IMG/VR virus record: IMGVR_UViG_3300047278_000021
Span: 1 to 34,617 of that record
Length of the DNA: 34,617 bases
DNA from: a virus
Lineage: Duplodnaviria > Caudoviricetes
Reading direction: 5' to 3' (one strand)
The position numbers and the translations under genes were made by a program. The notes beneath the pieces were generated by a model that had not been told where the DNA came from, did not search any database, and saw nothing but the letters and a program-made list of their open reading frames with translations. Below, in pieces: positions 1 through 8,238 of the stretch. Position 1 is the stretch's first letter, and every line of letters begins with the position of its first letter.

Positions 1-2
1 CG

Positions 3-125
3 CTGCAAGATAAGTTAATCGACGCGCAAAAAAATGTAATAAAAGAGCAAGATGAAAAGATTATTGGTTTAGCTTTTGATCTTGAGTATGAGCGGCACAC
101 CAATAGCTTTAAAGGAAAAAAATGA
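3..125 (+). CDS. 5'-truncated hypothetical protein
   Basis: Open frame LQDKLIDAQKNVIKEQDEKIIGLAFDLEYERHTNSFKGKK* from the window edge; its stop overlaps the next ATG (ATGA). Confidence 0.55.
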   Translation: MQDKLIDAQKNVIKEQDEKIIGLAFDLEYERHTNSFKGKK

Positions 126-283
126 AACTTGATCTATTACGCGCTCAACTGGCGGCGGCCAAGGACGTGTTGCGCCACCGTCAGAAGCTAATGAACGAAG
201 CGACACGCGCTTACAACCGTGTTTTTGTAACTGTTAAAAAATTGGAGGAACGGTATGAAAATCACTTGGCGAAAACTAAATGA
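122..283 (+). CDS. hypothetical protein, 53 aa (not in ORF track)
   Basis: Manual translation MKLDLLRAQLAAAKDVLRHRQKLMNEATRAYNRVFVTVKKLEERYENHLAKTK; AAAGGA RBS upstream; ATGA coupling. Confidence 0.65.
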   Translation: MKLDLLRAQLAAAKDVLRHRQKLMNEATRAYNRVFVTVKKLEERYENHLAKTK

Positions 284-446
284 AACTATGGCCACGCTTT
301 CGGAGGAAGAGATCATGGCCATGCTTGAATACGAACGCACCCATGAGCGTCGGGTGAAGATGCTGTTGCGCTTGCACCAGCGCGGCAATTCTATGCGTGT
401 GGCGCGTGAGCGTATTGAACTGTTGAAAGAGGGGGTGAGGCCATGA
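255..446 (+). CDS. hypothetical phage protein
   Basis: 63 aa ORF with GGAGGA RBS; ATGA overlap with next gene. Confidence 0.7.
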   Translation: MKITWRKLNETMATLSEEEIMAMLEYERTHERRVKMLLRLHQRGNSMRVARERIELLKEGVRP

Positions 447-580
447 ACAAGATTGATTTAATTATTGACAACATTATGTACGCCAAGCTGGTCAAAGAGC
501 AAGCACACATTGATGAATTGCTTGAAGAAGCCCTAGCCGCTGCCCGTGAACTCAAAGAGTTGAAGCCTGTTGCGTGGAAA
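443..580 (+). repeat. imperfect direct repeat, copy A (partner 34423-34560)
   Basis: Ungapped manual alignment: 20 mismatches in 138 nt. Confidence 0.9.
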
Positions 581-715
581 AGCAAAAATCGTGGTTTATA
601 TACTTTTGAACCACCTGCAACACTAATGCCAACACCACTCTACGCACTTGATGAACACAGCAACTTTGTGAGCAGCGGCACAGCGTATCCAATTATTGAT
701 GCGGTGACAAAATGA
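443..715 (+). CDS. modular accessory protein (KIDLII...AAAR.L..LKPVAW...PLY family), copy 1
   Basis: GGTGAGG RBS; paralogous to 29719-29940(-) and 34423-34617(+). Confidence 0.7.
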   Translation: MNKIDLIIDNIMYAKLVKEQAHIDELLEEALAAARELKELKPVAWKSKNRGLYTFEPPATLMPTPLYALDEHSNFVSSGTAYPIIDAVTK

Positions 716-972
716 CAGACACAAAACAACCAGAGGCTTTGCGCTTGGCTGACGCCCTAGAGCGTGGCACTTATCTGCTGTACTTAGAGCGTGACAACAC
801 AGCCACCGAACTTCGCCGCTTGCACTCGCTGAATCAGGAGTTGCTTGAGGCGTTGAAACAGGTGATGACTTGGATTGACAATTGGGATCCTGAGTTTACC
901 TATGACCCTGACTGGCCTACTGATGAAGACAAAGCCAAAACAGCAATCGCTAAGGCAGAGGTGACGAAATGA
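712..972 (+). CDS. hypothetical protein (ELLEALK...AIAKAE module)
   Basis: Coupled ORF sharing its C-terminal module with 969-1235. Confidence 0.7.
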   Translation: MTDTKQPEALRLADALERGTYLLYLERDNTATELRRLHSLNQELLEALKQVMTWIDNWDPEFTYDPDWPTDEDKAKTAIAKAEVTK

Positions 973-1235
973 TTAAGCACACAGCAGCACCGTGGCATCA
1001 AGGCGGCTATGAAGTTCAAGACGATAAAGGTGCGCTTATTTGCAATTTATCGGGCTGGCGTGGTGAGCAACAAACTTTAGCCAACGCCCGACTAATAGCC
1101 GCTGCGCCTGATTTACTTGAGGCGTTGAAAGCAATGTTGCGGAGCTATGAGTTTTTGAAGCCACCGCACTCCCCAATGTCGGATGCGCAAAAGAAAGCAC
1201 AAGCAGCAATCACTAAGGCAGAGGGGTCGAAATGA
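969..1235 (+). CDS. hypothetical protein (HT.APW...ANARLIAAAPDLLEAL family)
   Basis: Common phage early-gene motif ANARLIAAAPDLLEAL. Confidence 0.75.
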   Translation: MIKHTAAPWHQGGYEVQDDKGALICNLSGWRGEQQTLANARLIAAAPDLLEALKAMLRSYEFLKPPHSPMSDAQKKAQAAITKAEGSK

Positions 1236-1657
1236 GCCGTGAATTACTTCAGCAAGCATTGGATGCTTTGGAATTAGTTGATGAACAAGCTGACTTTTCA
1301 AATGGCGTAACTGATACAACAGGGACAATGGATGAAGGCAAAGTTGTTATAGGTGGAATTGTCAGTGACGCTATTGCAGCCCTTGAAGCCGCACTCGCAC
1401 AACCTGAGCAAGAGCCTGTGGCTTACGCAGATGCCTTAGATTTAGCTAAAGATGGCAATTGGGATACGTTTATTTGCAAACATTCAAGCGAAAATCATAA
1501 AGGAACTCGATTTAAGATTCCTCTTTACACCGCACCGCCACGCAAAGAATGGGTCGGTCTGGCAGATGATGTTGTGGCAATGATTGAAAAAACTGTTTTG
1601 ACACGAAAACAAGCAATCAGAATGATTGAGCATCACCTGAAGGAATTAAACAAATGA
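1232..1657 (+). CDS. Ead/Ea22-like accessory protein
   Basis: ALAQPEQEPVAY...PLYTAPP...WVGL motifs typical of lambdoid accessory ORFs. Confidence 0.6.
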   Translation: MSRELLQQALDALELVDEQADFSNGVTDTTGTMDEGKVVIGGIVSDAIAALEAALAQPEQEPVAYADALDLAKDGNWDTFICKHSSENHKGTRFKIPLYTAPPRKEWVGLADDVVAMIEKTVLTRKQAIRMIEHHLKELNK

Positions 1658-1929
1658 GCACGCTTGAAAACATCTTAAAGTATTGCAAGACACCAAAAAC
1701 GACAAAGGACATTGCTGAGTATCTTTGTCTTGAGAAACAAAGCATTTATACGCACTTAAACAGACTTCAGCGCAACGGCAAGATTGAGAAGCTTGGTGAC
1801 GGTCGACGCAGAGCAGCGCCAGCTACGTTTGTCGTTGTGAGACAAGCGCCAACAGTGACAGAATCGACAGATGAGTACGAAAACCTCGCAATTACTCACG
1901 CTCATGCGCCATTTGGATTACGACTATGA
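1654..1929 (+). CDS. winged-HTH DNA-binding protein
   Basis: ILKYCKTPKTTKDIAEYLCLEKQSIYTHLNRLQRNGKIEK fits a wHTH pattern. Confidence 0.7.
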   Translation: MSTLENILKYCKTPKTTKDIAEYLCLEKQSIYTHLNRLQRNGKIEKLGDGRRRAAPATFVVVRQAPTVTESTDEYENLAITHAHAPFGLRL

Positions 1930-2156
1930 ACAAAAAGATTGATGAATCAGAAAAGCTAAAGAAAATGCTTAATCTTATGTACGACAGAGGATTTGCAGAC
2001 TGTGAAACAGCAGCAAGACTAGCTATTAAAACGGCAGTTATGCAAGAGCGTGAAGCTTGTATTGAAATATGTAATGATTTTTATAACAATTTGCGACCTA
2101 AAAACGAATGGATTAGGCGTGTTTCAGAAGCAATCAAATCAAGAGACAAAGAATGA
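1926..2156 (+). CDS. hypothetical protein (EREAC family)
   Basis: Coupled ORF; QEREACIEIC motif is also in 29927-30193(-). Confidence 0.65.
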   Translation: MNKKIDESEKLKKMLNLMYDRGFADCETAARLAIKTAVMQEREACIEICNDFYNNLRPKNEWIRRVSEAIKSRDKE

Positions 2157-2383
2157 CAAAAACAGATTACATACATCTATTTAAAGAAGCTTGTGGCGGT
2201 CGCTGCAACGCTGAATACAATCCTTGTGCTTTTAGGCAAGCTGCTGATTCGTTAGCTGCGTTAAAACCTGTGGCGTGGAAAGAAATAAATACAGAGCATT
2301 GTTACATTGACAAAGATTGTTGTGATGATGATGAACCAATACCACTTTACGATTTAAACGGATGGGAAAATGAATCTAATTAG
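2153..2383 (+). CDS. hypothetical Cys-rich protein with PVAW...PLY module
   Basis: Coupled ORF; CGGRC..EYNPC and LKPVAW...IPLY. Confidence 0.65.
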   Translation: MTKTDYIHLFKEACGGRCNAEYNPCAFRQAADSLAALKPVAWKEINTEHCYIDKDCCDDDEPIPLYDLNGWENESN

Positions 2384-2600
2384 CCCAAAACAAATACTGA
2401 GAAACTTGGAAAACGGGTTTTTTATGACGCATCAAGAACAGACTGAAGCCGCTGAGTACATTCGACAGTTGCAATTTTCAAATCAATCGTTAATGGAAGG
2501 TATGCTTCAAAATGCTGAAGAAGTCGTTAGGCTTCGCAGAGAACTTACAGAAGCATTAGGGCTTGACGCTGCAACAAGAATATTTGGAGCAAAGAAATGA
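2370..2600 (+). CDS. hypothetical protein
   Basis: 76 aa overlapping ORF within the operon. Confidence 0.6.
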   Translation: MNLISPKQILRNLENGFFMTHQEQTEAAEYIRQLQFSNQSLMEGMLQNAEEVVRLRRELTEALGLDAATRIFGAKK

Positions 2601-2971
2601 CTTTTGAAGACTTTTGGCTTAAATACCCTCGCAAAGTCGCTAAAAAGACTGCTATGCAAGCGTTTAAGAAACTAGCTATAGATGAACAAGAATTAGCTGT
2701 CGAAGCGTTAGAGACGCATTTAGAGTACTGGAAGATCAAAGAAACAGAAAAAGACTTTATCCCGCACCCTGCCACATGGCTCAATCAAGGTCGTTATTAC
2801 GATGAGCTAGATATGCAGCCAAAGCAGCCAAAGAAGCCAGCTTTGCCGTGGTACTCTACAGATCAGCTGACGATGGACAAAAGTCGAGAGCTGAGCTTGA
2901 CGCCACGACCCGGCGAAGACATGGGCCAATTTAGAACTCGTATTGCTAAGCGTATTTCTGAAACTCAATAA
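2597..2971 (+). CDS. replication-initiator C-terminal-domain-like protein, no N-terminal HTH
   Basis: FEDFWLKYPRKVAKKTA..AFKKL...FIPHPATWLNQGRYYDE matches the C-terminal domain of phage replisome-organiser/O-like proteins and begins at residue 3. Confidence 0.7.
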   Translation: MTFEDFWLKYPRKVAKKTAMQAFKKLAIDEQELAVEALETHLEYWKIKETEKDFIPHPATWLNQGRYYDELDMQPKQPKKPALPWYSTDQLTMDKSRELSLTPRPGEDMGQFRTRIAKRISETQ

Positions 2972-2980
2972 AGGTACATC

Positions 2981-3187
2981 ATGAAACTCACAAAACAAGC
3001 AGCATTAGACTTTGAAAACATCACAGGCGAACTTGAAGTGCAAATCTTCAACTTACTTGAAATAGAGAAACAGTTTGAGTTTATGACTGAGCAGAGCATG
3101 GCTCTCATTGACGCAATTAACTCGCTGAAAATGATTAGCCAACAATGTATGCAGCTGAATGAGTTTTACTGGAGACAAGAAAAATGA
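2981..3187 (+). CDS. hypothetical protein
   Basis: AAGGT RBS; 68 aa; coupled to next gene. Confidence 0.65.
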   Translation: MKLTKQAALDFENITGELEVQIFNLLEIEKQFEFMTEQSMALIDAINSLKMISQQCMQLNEFYWRQEK

Positions 3188-3429
3188 AAGATTTATTTGG
3201 AGACGAAGAATTTGACTGGAAACGTGAATGGCAAGGTATGCCAGAGTTTGAGCAGAGTAATCTAAAAACAATTCACTCAATCGTCGTTAATTTCATCACT
3301 GTCGAAGATATGAACGAGTTTTCTGAGCTGATAGGCAAGCGCATACACTTTACGACTAAAAGCGTGATGTATCCCGTTAAAGTAAACGTAGACAAAAAAG
3401 TGTGGATCGACGATGAAACAGCATCCTAA
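3184..3429 (+). CDS. small acidic partner of the glycosyltransferase
   Basis: EWQGMPEFEQ...IVVNF.T.ED...F.ELIG...TKS..YP; GGAG RBS; overlaps the glycosyltransferase gene. Confidence 0.65.
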   Translation: MKDLFGDEEFDWKREWQGMPEFEQSNLKTIHSIVVNFITVEDMNEFSELIGKRIHFTTKSVMYPVKVNVDKKVWIDDETAS

Positions 3430-4258
3430 GTACCCTGTCTACATCATCTCGAAAGGTCGTGCTGATACACGCAAAACAAGCAAAGCTTTAGAACAAATGG
3501 GCGTTGCTTACAGAATTGTGATTGAAGCGCAAGAATACGATCAATATGCTGCTGTAATTGACAAAAAAAAGATCCTTGTATTGCCATTCAGTAATCTTGG
3601 TCTAGGCAGTTACCCTGCTCGCAATTGGTGTTGGGAGCACGCAATCAGTGAAGGACACGCTTTTCACTGGATACTTGATGACAATATTCACGGCTTTGCT
3701 CGACTTTATAAAAACAAACGCATACCGTGTAAATCAGGCGCAATCTTTCGAGCAGCTGAAGACTTCACAGACAGATACGAGAACGTTGCACAAGCAGGCT
3801 TTCAATATCGCTTTTTTGCTGAAGAGCGTACAGATATGCCAGCATTTAGACTGAACACACGCATTTTCTCGTGTATTTTGATACGCAATGATTTACCGCA
3901 TCGTTGGAAGCTCAAATACAACGAAGACGTTGCTCTTTCGCTAGATGTCTTAAAAGACGGATGGTGTACGATTATTTTTAACGCATTTTTGCAAGACAAA
4001 GCGGCAACGCTAAGCATGAAAGGCGGCAACACAACAGAGCTGTACGCTGATGGTGACAAAAAGAAAGAGAAGTCACAGACGCTTGTAGACGCTTATCCAG
4101 ACTTTGCATCGTTAGCTTGGCGCTACGACAGGTGGCATCACAGAGTCGATTTTGACGTTTTCAAGAAAAATATACTCAAAAAGAAACAAAACTTAGCAAT
4201 ATCTGAAGGTATTAACGAATTTGGCATGAAACTCGTCGCAAGAGAAGCGCATGAATGA
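3413..4258 (+). CDS. TAGT/GREB1-like (TET-associated family) putative DNA glycosyltransferase, GT-A fold
   Basis: PVYIISKGRA, ARNWCWEH, HWILDDNI (metal-binding acidic motif), FSCILIRN, NEDVALSL, MKGGNT. Confidence 0.75.
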   Translation: MKQHPKYPVYIISKGRADTRKTSKALEQMGVAYRIVIEAQEYDQYAAVIDKKKILVLPFSNLGLGSYPARNWCWEHAISEGHAFHWILDDNIHGFARLYKNKRIPCKSGAIFRAAEDFTDRYENVAQAGFQYRFFAEERTDMPAFRLNTRIFSCILIRNDLPHRWKLKYNEDVALSLDVLKDGWCTIIFNAFLQDKAATLSMKGGNTTELYADGDKKKEKSQTLVDAYPDFASLAWRYDRWHHRVDFDVFKKNILKKKQNLAISEGINEFGMKLVAREAHE

Positions 4259-4580
4259 GATAGATCCGCACAAAGCTGTCGAGTACATCTTTGACAACGC
4301 ACCAGAGTATGCTCGTGCTAAGGGTAGACTTGCAGAGCTTGAGGTGTTTAAAAGCAGTCTCAAAGCGATTCTTATGAAAAGCAGCTACGAGACTGCAATT
4401 GGCGCACAAGAGCGAGAAGCGTATGCTGATCCAAAGTATCAAGAGTTAGCCAAAGCTATCGGTGAAGCTACAGAGCAAGCTGAGCTTCTAAAGTATCGTT
4501 TAGAGTCAGCAAAGCTCAGAATCGAAGTCTGGCGCACACAAGAAGCAAACAACAGAACAATTGACAGGCTAACAAAATGA
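4251..4580 (+). CDS. conserved helical phage protein (possibly UvsY-like)
   Basis: AQEREAYADPKY...LKYRLESAKLRIEVWRT; all-helical; the UvsY link is weak. Confidence 0.55.
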   Translation: MNEIDPHKAVEYIFDNAPEYARAKGRLAELEVFKSSLKAILMKSSYETAIGAQEREAYADPKYQELAKAIGEATEQAELLKYRLESAKLRIEVWRTQEANNRTIDRLTK

Positions 4581-4753
4581 CAGATTACGGTGAAACTTTA
4601 GTAAAATTAACAACAGCAATCAATCATTATCACGATTTAGTCAGAATGTTGAAGTTTGAAGCAGCAGCAGATGTCGCTGTTGATATTCAGATGTTGAGCA
4701 ACGACTTACGATTATGGGCTAAGCAGAAATGTATAGAAATGCGAAACTCTTAA
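4577..4753 (+). CDS. hypothetical protein, 58 aa (not in ORF track)
   Basis: MTDYGETLVKLTTAINHYHDLVRMLKFEAAADVAVDIQMLSNDLRLWAKQKCIEMRNS; ATGA-coupled; fills the operon gap. Confidence 0.65.
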   Translation: MTDYGETLVKLTTAINHYHDLVRMLKFEAAADVAVDIQMLSNDLRLWAKQKCIEMRNS

Positions 4754-5013
4754 AAGCTTGCAGAGTATTGCCTTGCCAGCTTTGCGACTCTGAAGACGGT
4801 ACTGTCGTTGCAGCGCACTCAAATCAGCTGTTTGACGGTAAAGGCAGAGGCATCAAAGCTTCTGACTATCGAGTCGCTGCACTGTGCTTTACTTGTCACG
4901 CAGAAATTGATCAAGGCAACAAGCTCAGCAGAGAACAACGTCGAGAGATGTGGGAACAAGCGCATAGAAAGACGATAGGCGAGCTTTTTGAACGAGACTT
5001 GATCAAATGCTAG
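4729..5013 (+). CDS. YbcO/DUF1364-like putative Zn-binding nuclease
   Basis: PCQLC...VAAHSN...GKGRGIKASD...ALCFTCHAEIDQG. Confidence 0.8.
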   Translation: MYRNAKLLKACRVLPCQLCDSEDGTVVAAHSNQLFDGKGRGIKASDYRVAALCFTCHAEIDQGNKLSREQRREMWEQAHRKTIGELFERDLIKC

Positions 5014-5369
5014 CTACGCTCAAATTACCGTTGCCACCGACTGTAAACAGTTATTGGAGTAATTTTCGTGGCAGAACTATTCTTAGTCTGAAAGCTCGTT
5101 TATACAAGATGACTGTCAGCGAATATGTTGCAGAGCACAAAATACCTAAGTTTGGCGCACACAGATTGCACGCAATTATTACGATATTTCCACGAGATAA
5201 GAGAAAAATTGATTTGGATAATCGTCTTAAAGCTTTATTAGATAGCTTACAAGACGCAGGAGTCTTTGATGATGATGAGCAATTTGACAAAATAGAGATT
5301 GCAAGAGGCTCGATTAAATCAGGCGGTGCTTGTACAATTGTCGTTGCGACTATCGAAAACGAGGCGTAA
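5007..5369 (+). CDS. rusA: RusA Holliday junction resolvase
   Basis: LPLPPTVNSYW...DLDNRLKALLDSLQDAGVFDDDEQF catalytic motif. Confidence 0.92.
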   Translation: MLATLKLPLPPTVNSYWSNFRGRTILSLKARLYKMTVSEYVAEHKIPKFGAHRLHAIITIFPRDKRKIDLDNRLKALLDSLQDAGVFDDDEQFDKIEIARGSIKSGGACTIVVATIENEA

Positions 5370-5726
5370 ATGGACTTTCCTGCTACTTTTGTATCTACGC
5401 TGCTACATAGCGCAACAAACGCACACTTCATGCACTTTCAAACTGAAAGCTACGCAGAACATAAGGCTTTGCAAAAATACTACTCAACTATTGTCGATTT
5501 AGTCGACGATTTTACTGAAACGTATCAAGGCTGCAACGAAAAGATTAAAAAGTACCCAGATGAGTTTCATTTAGCAAAGAATCCTCAGCAATACTTAAAA
5601 AGTCTTAGCGAATTTGTTGAAGAAATCAGAAAAGAGCTGCCGCAAGAGACGCAATTACAGAACATCATTGATGAAATTGCACAGTTAATCGACTCAACGC
5701 TGTATCAATTACGCTTTCTAAAATAA
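5370..5726 (+). CDS. ferritin/Dps-like four-helix protein (DUF5856-like)
   Basis: AHFMHFQT.SYAEHKAL..YY...LVDDFTETYQG...NIIDEIA.LID.TLYQL. Confidence 0.7.
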   Translation: MDFPATFVSTLLHSATNAHFMHFQTESYAEHKALQKYYSTIVDLVDDFTETYQGCNEKIKKYPDEFHLAKNPQQYLKSLSEFVEEIRKELPQETQLQNIIDEIAQLIDSTLYQLRFLK

Positions 5727-5736
5727 GGACAACGCT

Positions 5737-6087
5737 ATGAATGACGCAATCCAAAACCCAGAAGCACAGAAGCTAGCTCAAATGCTGCAACAGCAACAAA
5801 TGCAGAAAATTTTGCAATCAATTTCAGCACCAGCAATGGGCTCGGCTGCAATGTCTAACGCTGATATGCAAAACATGACACGAGCGCAGCCAGACTACGG
5901 TATGAACGTTGGTTCAGCACCGATGCCGTCTTCGATGCAGCAACAAGGCGATTTTATGCAGCCGTCAGTGCAAATGGGACAACCAATGCCAAACAGCATG
6001 GGTAGCATGGCTGCAAAACCAACACCAATGCCCTCAGTACGAGGCGATGGCTACATGAGCAACTACGAAATGATGCGTAAACGCTAG
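5737..6087 (+). CDS. Met/Gln/Pro-rich low-complexity protein
   Basis: AAGGA RBS; N-terminal EAQKLAQMLQQQQ helix followed by a likely disordered tail. Confidence 0.7.
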   Translation: MNDAIQNPEAQKLAQMLQQQQMQKILQSISAPAMGSAAMSNADMQNMTRAQPDYGMNVGSAPMPSSMQQQGDFMQPSVQMGQPMPNSMGSMAAKPTPMPSVRGDGYMSNYEMMRKR

Positions 6088-6095
6088 AAAACAGT

Positions 6096-6248
6096 ATGAA
6101 AGCGGGTCTCTATGCGAATATCTTCGCAAAGCAAGAGCGCATTAAGAATGGCTCAGGCGAAAAGATGCGTAAAGTAGGCAGCAAGGGTGCGCCTACTGCT
6201 AAAGACTTCAAAGACGCAGCTAAGACAGCTAAAGAGCCTAAGAAGTGA
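6096..6248 (+). CDS. small basic protein, 50 aa (not in ORF track)
   Basis: MKAGLYANIFAKQERIKNGSGEKMRKVGSKGAPTAKDFKDAAKTAKEPKK. Confidence 0.7.
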   Translation: MKAGLYANIFAKQERIKNGSGEKMRKVGSKGAPTAKDFKDAAKTAKEPKK

Positions 6249-6255
6249 CATATAA

Positions 6256-6269
6256 TTAACCTATCTAAA
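6256..6269. promoter_or_regulatory. operator-like site TTAAC-ctat-CTAAA upstream of terS
   Basis: One mismatch from the TTWAG-N4-CTWAA motif; adjacent TATAAT at 6251-6256. Confidence 0.45.
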
Positions 6270-6292
6270 GCTCTAAGACAATTGAGAAAGAT

Positions 6293-6607
6293 ATGGAAAG
6301 CACTAAAGTACAGAAAACTGCTAAACGAATGCCACCTAACGCAGGTAAGGGCAGAGTCGCAGGTGTGCCAAACAAAGCAACAGCAAAAGCACGAGAAGCG
6401 ATTGCTAATTTTGTAGACGGTAACGCTGACAGACTACAGACTTGGCTCGATCAAATCGCATCAGATGAGCGATATGGTCCAAAAACAGCTTTTGAGTGTT
6501 TCATGGCTGTCGCTGAGTACCATGTGCCTAAGTTAGCGAGACAAGAACACGTAGGCGCAGATAACGGACCTATTGAACTGGTCGTAAAATGGCAAGACGA
6601 GAGGTAA
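6293..6607 (+). CDS. terS: terminase small subunit
   Basis: GKGRVAGVPNKAT N-terminal motif; EHVGADNGPI C-terminal motif; directly upstream of TerL. Confidence 0.8.
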   Translation: MESTKVQKTAKRMPPNAGKGRVAGVPNKATAKAREAIANFVDGNADRLQTWLDQIASDERYGPKTAFECFMAVAEYHVPKLARQEHVGADNGPIELVVKWQDER

Positions 6608-7926
6608 CGCTACCTTACTCGCCACGAGTAGCGTTTAAACCATTCCACAACAGAACACAACGCTGGGCGTGCTTAGTTGCCCATCGCCGAGCAGGCAAGA
6701 CTGTTGCAGCTATTAACGACATTGTGCGTGCAGCTCTAATGAGCAAAGACGAATACCCACTGTATGCGTACATTGCACCGTATCGCTCGCAAGCTAAGAG
6801 CGTTGCATGGGACTATCTCAAACACTTTGCAGCACCTGTACTCAGAAGCTCAAACGAAGCTGAATTGACAGTTGAGCTAGTGACAGGTGCAAAGATCCGT
6901 CTATTTGGTGCTGACAACGCAGACGCAATGCGTGGCTTAGGATTCTCAGGCGTTTTCATGGATGAGTACGGTGACTTCAGACCTAGCGTTTGGGGTAACG
7001 TAATTCGACCAACGCTATCCGACAAACAGGGATGGGCTGTCTTTGCAGGTACGCCAAAAGGAAAGAACCAGTTTTGGGCAATCTACGATCAAGCTACTAA
7101 AAGCGATGGTGAATGGTTCTGTTTAAAGCTCGCAGCATCAGAGTCAGGGCTTTTACCTCAGACTGAGCTGAACGCAGCACGAGCGCAAATCTCTGAGGAT
7201 CAGTATCTTCAGGAATACGAGTGCTCATTTGAAGCAAGTATCCTAGGCGCATATTATGGCGTTGACTTGCGTGTCGCTGAAGATGAGGGTCGCATCACTG
7301 ATGTACCTTATGATCCAGCAACGCCCTGCTACACCTCATGGGATCTTGGTTATCGTGATGACACAGCGATTTGGTGGTATCAAGTTATTCGCAACGAGAT
7401 ACATTTAATCGACTTTTTTGCTATTTCCGGTGCTAATATTGATGAAATTGCTAAAATAATCAAAGAAAAGCCCTATAAATACGGAAAGCATCAACTTCCG
7501 CATGATGCGAGAGCGAAAACTCTAGCAGCGCAGGGTAAGTCTGTGATTGAGCAACTCGCTGAACATTTAGGCATTAACAACATGGCAATTGTGCCTGATC
7601 TTGGCGTACAAGACGGAATTCAAGCAGTGCGGCAGTGTTTACCGATGTGTTGGTTTGATAAAACTAAGTGTTCTGACGGTCTTGAAGCTCTGCGACAGTA
7701 TCAGCGTGAGTACGATGAAGACAAGAAAGCGTTTAGAAGTAGCCCAAGACACGACTGGACATCGCACCCTGCTGACGCTTTTAGAATGATGGCTGTCGCT
7801 TGGCGTTTAGAGCCTAAAGTTAAGCCAGTTGATAGAGTCAAGCCTCTTATGGTAGGACCTGAGAACACTGTAACGCTAGAAGATATGTGGGCAACCCACA
7901 CAACGAAAAGGAGTAGTCGATTATGA
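6589..7926 (+). CDS. terL: terminase large subunit
   Basis: Walker A HRRAGKT, Walker B VFMDEYG, GTPKG motif, nuclease WDLG..DDT and SHPADAFR. Confidence 0.96.
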   Translation: MARREVTLPYSPRVAFKPFHNRTQRWACLVAHRRAGKTVAAINDIVRAALMSKDEYPLYAYIAPYRSQAKSVAWDYLKHFAAPVLRSSNEAELTVELVTGAKIRLFGADNADAMRGLGFSGVFMDEYGDFRPSVWGNVIRPTLSDKQGWAVFAGTPKGKNQFWAIYDQATKSDGEWFCLKLAASESGLLPQTELNAARAQISEDQYLQEYECSFEASILGAYYGVDLRVAEDEGRITDVPYDPATPCYTSWDLGYRDDTAIWWYQVIRNEIHLIDFFAISGANIDEIAKIIKEKPYKYGKHQLPHDARAKTLAAQGKSVIEQLAEHLGINNMAIVPDLGVQDGIQAVRQCLPMCWFDKTKCSDGLEALRQYQREYDEDKKAFRSSPRHDWTSHPADAFRMMAVAWRLEPKVKPVDRVKPLMVGPENTVTLEDMWATHTTKRSSRL

Positions 7927-8228
7927 GCGGTGTACAACGTGGTTATGGCTATCAATACGAAACAGTCGCAGCTTCACAAACGACACAAATGCTTGGTGGT
8001 GCAGGCGCAGCAGGTGATTACTTGCATCGTCTCATTTGCACAATTAGCTCAGCAGCTACAGCAACAGTCACGCTTACTGACGGTGTAACAGCGATTGCAA
8101 TCGTTCCCGCACCTGTCGCTAGTACTGGCGTGCTTGATATTGAGCTGAATATGGCCTCTTTTACGTCCGGCTGGAAAGTCACAACAGGCGCAGGCGTCTC
8201 AGTCGTTGCGGTTGGTCTGTTCACTTAA
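7923..8228 (+). CDS. hypothetical beta-rich virion protein
   Basis: GGAG RBS; Gly/Ala/Thr/Val-rich; coupled to TerL. Confidence 0.65.
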   Translation: MSGVQRGYGYQYETVAASQTTQMLGGAGAAGDYLHRLICTISSAATATVTLTDGVTAIAIVPAPVASTGVLDIELNMASFTSGWKVTTGAGVSVVAVGLFT

Positions 8229-8238
8229 GAGGTTCTAA

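Noticed and set aside
443-580. Repeat with 34423-34560 as a DGR template/variable pair
   Set aside because: Only 12 of 20 mismatches fall at adenines of this copy, both copies are 5' coding ends, and no reverse transcriptase is present.
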